This document shows positions 27,854 to 37,588 of a stretch of 59,390 nt of DNA, in pieces. The stretch lies in assembly GCA_011364975.1 (NCBI GenBank), contig RDOE01000012.1:1-59390 (forward strand), written 5' to 3'. The first letter of the stretch is position 1. Each line of letters begins with the position of its first letter. The notes beneath the pieces are model-generated. The model ran no database searches, was not told the origin of the DNA, and saw only the letters and a list, made by a program, of their open reading frames with translations. The translations under genes and the position numbers were made by a program. The DNA comes from Promethearchaeota archaeon (GTDB lineage: Archaea > Asgardarchaeota > Lokiarchaeia > Sigyniarchaeales > SOKP01).

Positions 27854-29566
27854 ATGAGTGATGAAAAGAAAAAGATTAACGGTGGAGATGTTTTAGTTAA
27901 ATGCTTACTTAAAGAAAATGTAAAATATCTATTTGGAATTCCAGGTGGTCAATTCTTAAACATGTATGATGCAATTAACAATTGGGGGCGAGAAGCAGGA
28001 ATTGAGACTATATTATTTAGACATGAAGCTGCAGCAGCCCATGCAGCTGATGCGTGGGCACGAGTAACAAACACACCTGGTATTTGTTTTGGAACCGTTG
28101 GACCAGGTGCAACAAATTTGATTTCTGGAGTAGGCGCCGCTTGGGCTGATAATATACCAATGATTACGATTGTACCTCAAGTTAATTCAGAATTCCAAGA
28201 CTCTTTTACTTTACAAGGGAGTCTAGATCAGATTACAATGTATAAACCCATAACCAAATATCAAAAAAGCATACGAAAGCTCAAAGAAATTCCAGATGCC
28301 GTTCGTAAAGCATTTAGAGAAGCGTTGGGAGGTCGTCCTCAGCCAGTGCTACTAGAAATATTTGAAGATGCTTTTCTCGAAGAAATTGAGGAAGATAGTC
28401 TAATACTTCTAAATAAAGAGAATTATCGTGCCATTGAAAAACCAGTTGTTAAGGAAGAAATAATAGAAAAAGCCTTGGAGTTAATACTCAACGCAAAAAA
28501 ACCCTTAATAGTCTCTGGGGGAGGAGTTTCAAGATCTGAAGCATGGAACGAATTAGAGGAATTTATTGATTACTTACAATTACCTGTAATAACATCAGGG
28601 AGTGGGATGGGAACAATACCAGAAAAATCCCAATACCTTTTTGGAGCAGGAGTTGCAGGTATGGGTTTGAAAGTAATTCCTGAAGCGGATGTAGTTCTTG
28701 CCCTTGGATGTAAATTTTCTTGGACAATGGGCCACGGAGCTGAACCATTTTGGAAAGATTCTCAGACATTAATCCAAGTTGATATTGATCCTTCAATTAT
28801 TGGTCGTGCCAAACCAGTAACTTTGGGCATTATTGGTGATTGTAAGCAGTTTTTAACTCAAATCCTTGAAAAAGCAAAAAAGAAAGACAGGATTCAAAGT
28901 AGAGCATGGTTAGAAGAACTAAAAATAACTCGTCAAACTAATATAGAAAAACTAAATAAGAAATTATTAAAAGATAAAATTCCAATCCCCCCTAAGAGAC
29001 TAATCAAAGATATATTTGAATCTATGGATGAAGATGCTATTTTAATTCTTGATGGTGGAGATATATCAGTATCTGCTGCAGAGCAAGTTTATGACTACAA
29101 TCTACGAAAACCACTTTCTACCCTGGCAGCTACTGGAATGGGTCAATTAGGTACTGCTGTACCTTATGGAATTGGTGCTAAGCTAGCCAAACCAAACAAA
29201 CAAGTGGTTGCTATTGCAGGAGATGGCGCATTTATGATAAATATTCAAGATTTGGAAACCGCTGTTAGATTGAAATTAAAAAATCTGGTATATGTTGTCG
29301 CAAATAACGATGCATGGGGGATGATAAAGTCAGGGCAAAAATTGTTTAAGGGGAAACGTTATATAGATGTAGATCTTCCAGCTTTTGACTATGCCAAATG
29401 CGCTGAAAGTTTTGGTTGCTATGGAGAGGTGGTGACTGATCCTAATGAAATTAAGCCTGCTTTTGAAAGAGCAAAAAACTCTGGTAAGCCAGCGGTATTA
29501 GACGTTAAAATTGACTTCGAGACTCCCGATACCACAAAACTCATGGGTGCTATGGGGATTCTATAA
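27854..29566 (+). CDS. TPP-dependent enzyme, acetolactate synthase large subunit / 2-hydroxyacyl-CoA lyase-like
   Basis: FRHE, GPGATN, and the TPP motif GDGAF...NNDAWG; GGTG RBS 6 nt before ATG 27854. Confidence 0.88.
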   Translation: MSDEKKKINGGDVLVKCLLKENVKYLFGIPGGQFLNMYDAINNWGREAGIETILFRHEAAAAHAADAWARVTNTPGICFGTVGPGATNLISGVGAAWADNIPMITIVPQVNSEFQDSFTLQGSLDQITMYKPITKYQKSIRKLKEIPDAVRKAFREALGGRPQPVLLEIFEDAFLEEIEEDSLILLNKENYRAIEKPVVKEEIIEKALELILNAKKPLIVSGGGVSRSEAWNELEEFIDYLQLPVITSGSGMGTIPEKSQYLFGAGVAGMGLKVIPEADVVLALGCKFSWTMGHGAEPFWKDSQTLIQVDIDPSIIGRAKPVTLGIIGDCKQFLTQILEKAKKKDRIQSRAWLEELKITRQTNIEKLNKKLLKDKIPIPPKRLIKDIFESMDEDAILILDGGDISVSAAEQVYDYNLRKPLSTLAATGMGQLGTAVPYGIGAKLAKPNKQVVAIAGDGAFMINIQDLETAVRLKLKNLVYVVANNDAWGMIKSGQKLFKGKRYIDVDLPAFDYAKCAESFGCYGEVVTDPNEIKPAFERAKNSGKPAVLDVKIDFETPDTTKLMGAMGIL

Positions 29567-29616
29567 TTCATGACACACCTAAATCAGTTTTTTAGATAAA
29601 AAGAGGTTTAATTGAA

Positions 29617-30636
29617 TTGAAAGCGGCTGTTTTTGAAGGTAAAGAAACCATTACGATTAAAGATGGCTTTGAAAAGCCAAAAATAGCGTCTGATGAAGTT
29701 TTAATTAAAGTCAAAAAAGTAGGAATTTGCGGTACTGATGTAGGTTCTTATGAATCTGGTGGACCTTATTTTCCCAATAAAATTATTGGCCATGAATTTT
29801 CAGGTGATATTGTTGAAGTTGGTGAAAGTGTAAAGAAGATTAAAATTGGAATGAGAGTAACTGTAAATCCTCAAATTCCTTGTTTTGAATGTTACTATTG
29901 CCTTCACAATCTTGAAAATATGTGTAAAATAAAAAACTTTGCTTATGGGACCACAGAAAATGGAGCGATGAGAGAGTTTATCAATGTAAAGGCGGAAAGG
30001 GTACACCTATTACCTGATAATGTAACTTATGATGAGGGTGCTTCTGTTGAACCTCTTTCAGTTGCAATATATGCTGTAGAGCAATCTGGATTTCATTTAG
30101 GTCAAAACGCAGTAGTTATTGGTGCTGGTCCAATTGGTTTATTTGTTATTCAAGTGTTAAGAGCTGCAGGAGCAAATCAAATTTTGGTTCTTGAGCCTGT
30201 TGAAACAAAGCAAAAAATTGCATTGCATCTAGGGGCTGATAAAGCTTTTTTACCAAAGGAATGGAATAAAATTGTAAGATACTTAGATAAGCTTGGGCCA
30301 GATCATATATATGATTGCGTTGGACTCTCTGAAACCTTTTCTACATCCTTACAAATGGTAAAGATGGGTGGTAAAATAACCCTTATAGGATTGCATTCAA
30401 GCAAATTTGAAATTAATAATATCTTTGCCATGGCACTAAATAATATCTCTGTTCGAGGAATATATGGCTATAATCAAGACATTTTCACGACAGCAATTAA
30501 CTTATTTGCTCAAAAAAAAATAAAAGTCGACCCATTAATTACAAATCGTATAAAACTTGAGAATGTCCCTGATATGTTTAAGATTTTAGGTCATCCACCC
30601 CATAATGAGTTAAAGGTTTTTGTCGAATTTGATTAA
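29617..30636 (+). CDS. Zn-dependent medium-chain alcohol/polyol dehydrogenase
   Basis: GICGTD, GHEFSG, CFECYYC...C and GAGPIG motifs. Confidence 0.92.
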   Translation: MKAAVFEGKETITIKDGFEKPKIASDEVLIKVKKVGICGTDVGSYESGGPYFPNKIIGHEFSGDIVEVGESVKKIKIGMRVTVNPQIPCFECYYCLHNLENMCKIKNFAYGTTENGAMREFINVKAERVHLLPDNVTYDEGASVEPLSVAIYAVEQSGFHLGQNAVVIGAGPIGLFVIQVLRAAGANQILVLEPVETKQKIALHLGADKAFLPKEWNKIVRYLDKLGPDHIYDCVGLSETFSTSLQMVKMGGKITLIGLHSSKFEINNIFAMALNNISVRGIYGYNQDIFTTAINLFAQKKIKVDPLITNRIKLENVPDMFKILGHPPHNELKVFVEFD

Positions 30637-30835
30637 AAATCTAAAATTTTTTTTATTTTTTCTGCTATTTTTTTAAGAATTATTACGATTTTGTGCTATA
30701 ATGAGGTTAAACTAAAAAATCATTTACTCTAAAAATAATAAATTGGATTTAATTTATTAATGGAAATTTCTAAACCTATTTTAGGAATATATTCTAATAG
30801 TTAATTAAAAATTATTAATATTAAGAGTTGATATT

Positions 30836-32116
30836 GTGAGTAATAAAAAAGGCCAGGTTCAATGCATTAATGATGAGATTCTTGAAAAGCTCTCATTAAA
30901 AAATCGTAATAAATTTCTAAATTATAATTTGATGAGCTATTTAAAGCCAGAACATTTAAATTTTCTCAAAAAAACCCAAAAATTTTTCGAGCGATTCGAA
31001 AAGAACCGCAATATAAATCATTCGGAAGACTTTTATGATTGGATACCGGAATTGGGGAAAGAAGGTTTAGTTACTAGAGTTCATAAATTTGATAATTTAG
31101 GCTTTAACTTTGAACCCTATGGGATGACAGCAGAATTTATGAGGATTCTTGCTACGGACTTTTTTGATCCTCAACTTGCGATGGGTGGGGGAGCTACAGT
31201 TTTAGCAATTAATCCTATATTATTTCATCATGAAGATGAGGAAGTAAGGCTAAAGGCTTTAAAGGAAATGATTTCTGGGGAAAAAGTAGGGTGTATATGT
31301 ATTACTGAGCCAGAAAGAGGTTCAGATGCTGTTCATATGTTAACTAAATGTGAAGAGCAACCCGATGGAAGTTTTCTAGTAAATGGGGAAAAAATTTATC
31401 AAACGAGTGGACCAAAAGCAGGTTGGGCGGTGGTATATGCTGTAACAGAAGAAAATAATGGAAATACAATGGCACAATTTTTAGTAGATACGTCCTGGGA
31501 GGGATGGAAAGCAGAACGTATAAATATACCATGGACTCCTCGAATATTTATAGGAAAAGAGACGTTTACTAACTTGAGAATCCCAAAAGAATATATTTTA
31601 GGTAAACCCGGTGAAGGTAGGTCCCATTTATTTGAAGGTCTTAACATGGAACGATTAGGGATAGTGTGCTTAAATGTAGCAGAAGCATGGAATGCAATTT
31701 CCCACGCGGCGATATATGCAAATATGAGAAAACAATTTGATCAGGAAATCTTAAAATATCAAGGAGTAGGATTTCCATTATCTGATTTATGGGCTGAAAC
31801 AATGAGCCTAACGTTAGCCACTCTCAACATTTTTGGCATGATAGATGATAAGATGGAACAACTTGGGACTTTACCAAAAGAATTTAATCTAGCTTTAATG
31901 GCTACAGCATCACAATTAAAATGTATAAGTGCAAAGTTAAGCGAAAGAACCGCCTATGAATGTGCAAACCTTATGGGAGGTGCAGGAGTATGTGATAATA
32001 CTCTGATGCATGATTTGCTTGGAGTGACAAGAATACAAGAAATTGGTGGCGGTACTAGGCAAGTACAACAATATATAATGAGTTTAACATTGAGACAAAT
32101 TTTCAAACTCCTATAA
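30836..32116 (+). CDS. Acyl-CoA dehydrogenase
   Basis: CITEPERGSD, NGEKIY, RKQFDQ and QEIGGGTRQVQ motifs. Confidence 0.9.
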   Translation: MSNKKGQVQCINDEILEKLSLKNRNKFLNYNLMSYLKPEHLNFLKKTQKFFERFEKNRNINHSEDFYDWIPELGKEGLVTRVHKFDNLGFNFEPYGMTAEFMRILATDFFDPQLAMGGGATVLAINPILFHHEDEEVRLKALKEMISGEKVGCICITEPERGSDAVHMLTKCEEQPDGSFLVNGEKIYQTSGPKAGWAVVYAVTEENNGNTMAQFLVDTSWEGWKAERINIPWTPRIFIGKETFTNLRIPKEYILGKPGEGRSHLFEGLNMERLGIVCLNVAEAWNAISHAAIYANMRKQFDQEILKYQGVGFPLSDLWAETMSLTLATLNIFGMIDDKMEQLGTLPKEFNLALMATASQLKCISAKLSERTAYECANLMGGAGVCDNTLMHDLLGVTRIQEIGGGTRQVQQYIMSLTLRQIFKLL

Positions 32117-32376
32117 GATAGAACTACTTCATTAAATTCTAATATTTTCTTTCTAATTTTTAACCTGCTTCTCCTTAATTCTCACTATTAATGATTTAAT
32201 AATACGGTCATTTAATTTACCTAGTAATAATTTTAATTACAAAATATTACATTTATTTATCTTTTATAAGGATTTAATTGGTTAGAATAAAGAAGTTCTT
32301 AATTCAAACTGAAGATTCCTAGGATTTTTTGTATAAAATTACAAAGTTGGAGAATGATAAAAAAGAGATCAAAATT

Positions 32377-33957
32377 ATGAAGATACTTGTTTTAGATGAC
32401 TTACACCAAGCTGGAATTGATGTTTTTATGCGAGAGGGATTTCAAATTGATTCGAAAAGTAAAATTAACACGACAGAACTAACTGAACTTATTAACAACT
32501 ATGATGCGATTGTTGTGCGGGGTGCTACGAAAATAAGCTCCGAAATATTAAACTTAGCATCGCGTTTAAAGGTTATTGGTCGCGCAGGTTCTGGCGTTGA
32601 TAATATCAATATAATAGCCGCAACAAAGAAAGGTGTGGTTGTAATGAACACCCCAGGTGGTAACACAATAACAACTGCGGAACATGCCCTTGCTTTGATG
32701 TTTTCTCTTGCTCGTCAAGTCCCCCAAGCTTCAGCTTCTATGAAGGATGGAAAATGGGAAAAAAGTTTCTTTATAGGAACTGAACTTACAAATAAAATAT
32801 TAGGTATTATTGGATTAGGTAATATTGGCAAGATTGTTGCTGAAAGAGCAATAGGGCTCAAAATGGTTGTGTTGGCTTACGATCCTTATATCTCTAAAGA
32901 GGATGCTATTAAATTTGGAGTTGAATTAGTCTCTTTAGACGAAATTTATGCACGATGTGATTTCATAACATATCATACCCCACTTACGCCAGAAACTAGA
33001 GGAATAATAAACATCCAAGCTATAAATAAAATGAAAAAAGGAGTTTTCCTTATTAATTGTGCTCGAGGGGAACTCATCAATGAATCAGATCTTTTAGCAG
33101 CACTAGAATCTAACCATGTTAAGGGTGTTGCTCTTGATGTCTTCTCTATGGAACCTCCCCCACGTGATCTACCCTTACTAAAGCATCCCAATGTTATCCT
33201 AACACCTCACTTAGGTGCATCTACGATTGAAGCTCAAGAAAAAGTGGCAATATTGATTGCTGAACAAATAAGTGATTTCTTAAAATATGGTACTATCCGT
33301 AACTCCGTTAATTTTCCACCCATTACATCTGAAATGCTTCCAATTTTACGTCCTTATCTCACACTTTGTGAACGACTAGGCTCCTTTCGAGGACAATTGT
33401 TATCCAGTCCACTCAAAGAGCTCCGAATAGAATATTTGGGCGAAGTATCTAAACTTATGACTGAACCATTGACCATTTCTGTATTAAAAGGACTTCTTCA
33501 GCATCAAACTGAAGATGTTAACCTAGTTAATGCGAGGATGGTTGCTGAAGAACGCGGAATTAAAGTGAGTGAAACCAAAACTACAAAAACCGAAAATTAT
33601 ACAAGCTTAATTCGTGTAATATCAATACTCAATAATGAAGAAGCCTCAATCTCTGGTGTAATTTTTGGGAATAATCCGAAAGTTATTAAAGTCAATCATT
33701 TTCCGATCGAAGCAGATCTTTCAGGAGGAATCCTGATGTTAGAGAATCTAGATGTTCCAGGTGTAATAGGACGTGTAGGGACTTTTTTAGGTGACAAGGG
33801 AATCAATATCGCTAGTTTTCAATTAGGTCGCAATAAACCAGGAGGAACTGCAATTTCACTCATAAATGTAGACAATATCGTATCTGACAAAGTAATTACT
33901 GAGCTTGTAATGCTGCCTAATGTTAATTTCGCTAAATATCTGATTTTTCCATCATAA
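32377..33957 (+). CDS. serA: D-3-phosphoglycerate dehydrogenase, type I (with ASB and ACT domains)
   Basis: RAGSGVDN, GLGNIG, NCARG, PHLGAST..AQ and ACT motif NLDVPGVIG; ATG 32377. Confidence 0.93.
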   Translation: MKILVLDDLHQAGIDVFMREGFQIDSKSKINTTELTELINNYDAIVVRGATKISSEILNLASRLKVIGRAGSGVDNINIIAATKKGVVVMNTPGGNTITTAEHALALMFSLARQVPQASASMKDGKWEKSFFIGTELTNKILGIIGLGNIGKIVAERAIGLKMVVLAYDPYISKEDAIKFGVELVSLDEIYARCDFITYHTPLTPETRGIINIQAINKMKKGVFLINCARGELINESDLLAALESNHVKGVALDVFSMEPPPRDLPLLKHPNVILTPHLGASTIEAQEKVAILIAEQISDFLKYGTIRNSVNFPPITSEMLPILRPYLTLCERLGSFRGQLLSSPLKELRIEYLGEVSKLMTEPLTISVLKGLLQHQTEDVNLVNARMVAEERGIKVSETKTTKTENYTSLIRVISILNNEEASISGVIFGNNPKVIKVNHFPIEADLSGGILMLENLDVPGVIGRVGTFLGDKGINIASFQLGRNKPGGTAISLINVDNIVSDKVITELVMLPNVNFAKYLIFPS

Positions 33958-34110
33958 TTTTTCGCTTATTAAATATAATTTTGTTCATACCTATAATATT
34001 CTTTAATAAGAAACAATTTACTTGTTAAACCAATAATAAAGCAAGTATCCTTTTAAGTAATCTCATTTAATTTGTAAGTAATAAAGTGATTTAGAAATTG
34101 ATGAATCGTA

Positions 34111-35016
34111 ATGAAAAATCTCAACAATAAAAATTGCTTCATTACTGGAGCAGCTAATGGAATAGGTAAATCCTTTGCATTGGCATTAGCACGTGAAGGG
34201 ATGAATTTATTTATTACTGATATTGATTTAGAAAGCCTCGAAAGAGTAAAAAATGAGATTGAAGATCTTGGTGCTACAGTTTATTCTGGTTTGTGTGATG
34301 TTACTCGAATAGATCATTTTAAATCTATTTCGAACGAATTTTTTTCAAAATTAGGACACATTGATTTATTACTAAATAATGCAGGAATTGCTATTGGAGG
34401 CAGCATTTTAGACATTACTTTAGATGATTGGAAACAAGTCCTTGATGTTAATTTGTGGAGCGTTATTCATTCACTGGAAGTTTTTCTACCAAAAATGCTA
34501 GAAAGGAGATCAGGACATATAGTTAACGTTGCTTCGGGAGCTGGTATTGTGGGATCAACCGAACCCCTCCCCTATGTTACTTCAAAATTCGCAGTCGTAG
34601 GCTTATCTGAAACGTTATTTGGTCAACTTAATTCTTACGGGATTAAGGTATCAGTAATCGTTCCTACCTATATTAGAACCACTATCTTCGATAAAGCGAA
34701 AATCAAATATTCAAAAGAGCTTATTAATGATGTTGGTCAAGAAAAATTAAATGAAATTTCTCGAGATTTATTAAAAGACATGCAAAGCAAAGCAATGCTT
34801 CCTGATAGGGCAGTAAAAAAATATATTAAAGGAATTAAAGAAGATCAGCTTTATATTTATGATACAAAAGCAATGCTAGGAATCCTTACTTTGAAGGGCA
34901 CTAATCCCCACCAATATGAAACTTTTTTAAAGGAAAATAGCAAAAATTCAGAAAAGACAACCCGCGCTCACTATTTAAAATATGGTATTGATATAGAAAA
35001 ATATAGAATAGGTTAA
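34111..35016 (+). CDS. Short-chain dehydrogenase/reductase
   Basis: TGAANGIG, NNAG and YVTSK motifs. Confidence 0.92.
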   Translation: MKNLNNKNCFITGAANGIGKSFALALAREGMNLFITDIDLESLERVKNEIEDLGATVYSGLCDVTRIDHFKSISNEFFSKLGHIDLLLNNAGIAIGGSILDITLDDWKQVLDVNLWSVIHSLEVFLPKMLERRSGHIVNVASGAGIVGSTEPLPYVTSKFAVVGLSETLFGQLNSYGIKVSVIVPTYIRTTIFDKAKIKYSKELINDVGQEKLNEISRDLLKDMQSKAMLPDRAVKKYIKGIKEDQLYIYDTKAMLGILTLKGTNPHQYETFLKENSKNSEKTTRAHYLKYGIDIEKYRIG

Positions 35017-35022
35017 CCAAAA

Positions 35023-35850
35023 ATGAATATAGAGGATTTTGAAGATATAATTTATGAAAAGGAAGAAAATGGGATTTGTACTATTACCTTTAATAGACCA
35101 GAAAGGAGAAATGCACTATCATATATTACCTTTTTAGAGATTGATACAGTTTTAGAGGATATGGAAAAAGATAAGAATGCTCGGGTTTTAATTATGACAG
35201 GATGCGAGGAAGCTAAGGCGTTCTCTTCGGGAGGGTATTTTAATATTAAAATGCTTACAGATATTCCGGATGATATCAAAAATGAAATTGATCTCATGGA
35301 TATTGCACAGAAACGATTGTGTATGAAATTATGGGATTTCTCAAAACCAGTTATTGCTGCAATTAACGGATTAGCTGTAGGTGCGGGAATTACCATGCCA
35401 CTTGCAGGAGCTGATTTAATATACATGGCGGATGATCCTGATACCTGGTTAGGGTTTTATTTTGTTAAACGAGGTATTGGACCCGAATTTGCACTTTCTT
35501 TTCTTTTACCAATCTATGTAGGGTTTCAAAAAGCAAAAGAGATTCTTTACTTTGGCGATAAAATTTATGCAAAAGAAGCAGAAAGGTTAGGAATCATTAA
35601 CAAAGCTATAGCTACTAAAGAATTACTCTCTTATACGAGAGAGCAAGCATTAAGACTTATTCCCCCTAAAGGACCAAGTATGTCATTAAAATTGATGAAA
35701 AAAACAATGCATCATTATTTTAGAGACATACTTTCAAAAACTTTAGATTTAGAAAATGAGAGTCTACAAGCGTTGTTTAAAACAAGTGATTTTAGAGAAT
35801 CAACAAAAGCATTAGGTCAAAAAAGAGAACCTGTTTTTAAAGGAAAATAA
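35023..35850 (+). CDS. Enoyl-CoA hydratase/isomerase family protein
   Basis: NRPERRNAL, KPVIAAINGLAVGAG and C-terminal KREPVFKGK. Confidence 0.9.
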   Translation: MNIEDFEDIIYEKEENGICTITFNRPERRNALSYITFLEIDTVLEDMEKDKNARVLIMTGCEEAKAFSSGGYFNIKMLTDIPDDIKNEIDLMDIAQKRLCMKLWDFSKPVIAAINGLAVGAGITMPLAGADLIYMADDPDTWLGFYFVKRGIGPEFALSFLLPIYVGFQKAKEILYFGDKIYAKEAERLGIINKAIATKELLSYTREQALRLIPPKGPSMSLKLMKKTMHHYFRDILSKTLDLENESLQALFKTSDFRESTKALGQKREPVFKGK

Positions 35851-35956
35851 CTTTTTTTAATAAAAAATTAATAATAACCCTTTTTTATGGTTTTGATCCT
35901 CATATATTATAGTTGATTTTGTATAGCTAACTAAAACTTACAAATGGAAAATAAAA

Positions 35957-37477
35957 TTGCTTAATGATGAAATTGGTTTTGACAATAATAAGTACTTAAG
36001 AGAGCAATCTAATAGTATAATGGACAGAACAGCTCAATTTGGAAATAAATTATACTTAGAATTTGGTGGAAAATTGATCTCTGATTATCATGCTGCCCGT
36101 ACTCTGCCTGGATTCGACCCAAATGTAAAGTTAAAACTTTTAAAACTCCTTGAAGATAAAATTGAGGTTATTGTATGTATATATTCCGGGGATATTGAAA
36201 GGAAGAAAATTCGTGCAGATTTTGGGATTTCTTATGATTCTGATGCGATGAAACTAATTGATGAACTTCGTGAGGGGGGAATTAATGTAATTGCTGTTGT
36301 TGTAACGCGTTTTAAGGGACAACCGGTAGTAAAACAATTTATGAACAAATTAGAACGTCGTAATATAAGTGTATATACCCATTATCCAATTAAAGGATAT
36401 CCTACTAATATTGATCGAATCGTGAGCGAAGAAGGATACGGTGCTAATGAATATATTGAAACAACTAAACCAATTATCATTGTAACTGGACCTGGACCAG
36501 GTAGTGGCAAAATGGCAACTTGTCTTTCTCAAATCTATCACGAACATTTAAGAGGATTAGTCGCAGGTTATGCTAAGTTTGAAACATTTCCAATTTGGAA
36601 TTTACCATTAAAGCATCCTGTAAATTTGGCTTATGAGTCCGCTACAGCTGATTTAGGAGATTTTAATCAAGTAGATCCCTTTCATCTCGAGGCCTATAAT
36701 ATACCTGCGATAAATTATAATAGAGATATTGAAATTTTTCCAGTACTCAAGAAAATTATGTCTAGGATTATGGGTACTAAATTAATATATAAATCTCCCA
36801 CAGATATGGGTGTAAACCAAGCAGGTTTTGCGATTACCAATGATGAAGTAGTGCAACAAGCAGCTAAACAAGAATTAATCCGGAGATACTTTCGATATAG
36901 TTGTGAATATGCTATTGGTATTGCAGATAAAAAAACAGTGCAGAGAGCTGAATTATTAATGAAAGAATTAAACCTCACACCATTAGATCGAAAAGTAGTA
37001 GAAGAAGCTCATCAAGCATCCATGCTTGCCCAAAAAAAAGGCAAAGGTAATGAAGGAGTTTTCGCAGGAGCGGCTTTAGAATTAAGAGATGGTACCATAA
37101 TTACTGGTAATAATTCCCCACTCATGCATGCGGCTTCTAGCTTAATATTAAATGCAATTAAAGAATTAGCTCGTATCCCCGATAATATTCATTTATTATC
37201 TCCAAATATATTAGAAGCAATAAGTAATTTGAAATCAGAAATTTTCAATCAAAAAAGATTGAGCCTCAATCTTGAAGAAACCCTTATAGCTTTAAGTATT
37301 AGTGCTGATTTCAATCCTTCTGCCAAAGTAGCAATGGAAAAACTGAAGGATCTTAGAGGTTGTGAAATGCATTCAACTCATATACCTACTCCTGGTGATG
37401 AAGCTGGATTAAGAAGATTGGGGCTCAATATAACTTCTGAACCTCATTTTTCATCAAAAAGTTTGTTTATTTCCTAA
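35957..37477 (+). CDS. DUF1846 / UPF0371 family P-loop protein
   Basis: KLYLEFGGKL, GPGPGSGKMATCLSQ, YAKFETFPIWN, NYNRD and YKSPTDMGVN motifs. Confidence 0.88.
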   Translation: MLNDEIGFDNNKYLREQSNSIMDRTAQFGNKLYLEFGGKLISDYHAARTLPGFDPNVKLKLLKLLEDKIEVIVCIYSGDIERKKIRADFGISYDSDAMKLIDELREGGINVIAVVVTRFKGQPVVKQFMNKLERRNISVYTHYPIKGYPTNIDRIVSEEGYGANEYIETTKPIIIVTGPGPGSGKMATCLSQIYHEHLRGLVAGYAKFETFPIWNLPLKHPVNLAYESATADLGDFNQVDPFHLEAYNIPAINYNRDIEIFPVLKKIMSRIMGTKLIYKSPTDMGVNQAGFAITNDEVVQQAAKQELIRRYFRYSCEYAIGIADKKTVQRAELLMKELNLTPLDRKVVEEAHQASMLAQKKGKGNEGVFAGAALELRDGTIITGNNSPLMHAASSLILNAIKELARIPDNIHLLSPNILEAISNLKSEIFNQKRLSLNLEETLIALSISADFNPSAKVAMEKLKDLRGCEMHSTHIPTPGDEAGLRRLGLNITSEPHFSSKSLFIS

Positions 37478-37588
37478 TTAAGGTATAAACTTATTTCTCG
37501 AAATCCTTATTAAATGTGGTTTATATTTAATATTTTTATTATGAAAAAAGTATAGGAAAATAATATCTAATAAAGGTCGGCTAGAAAT

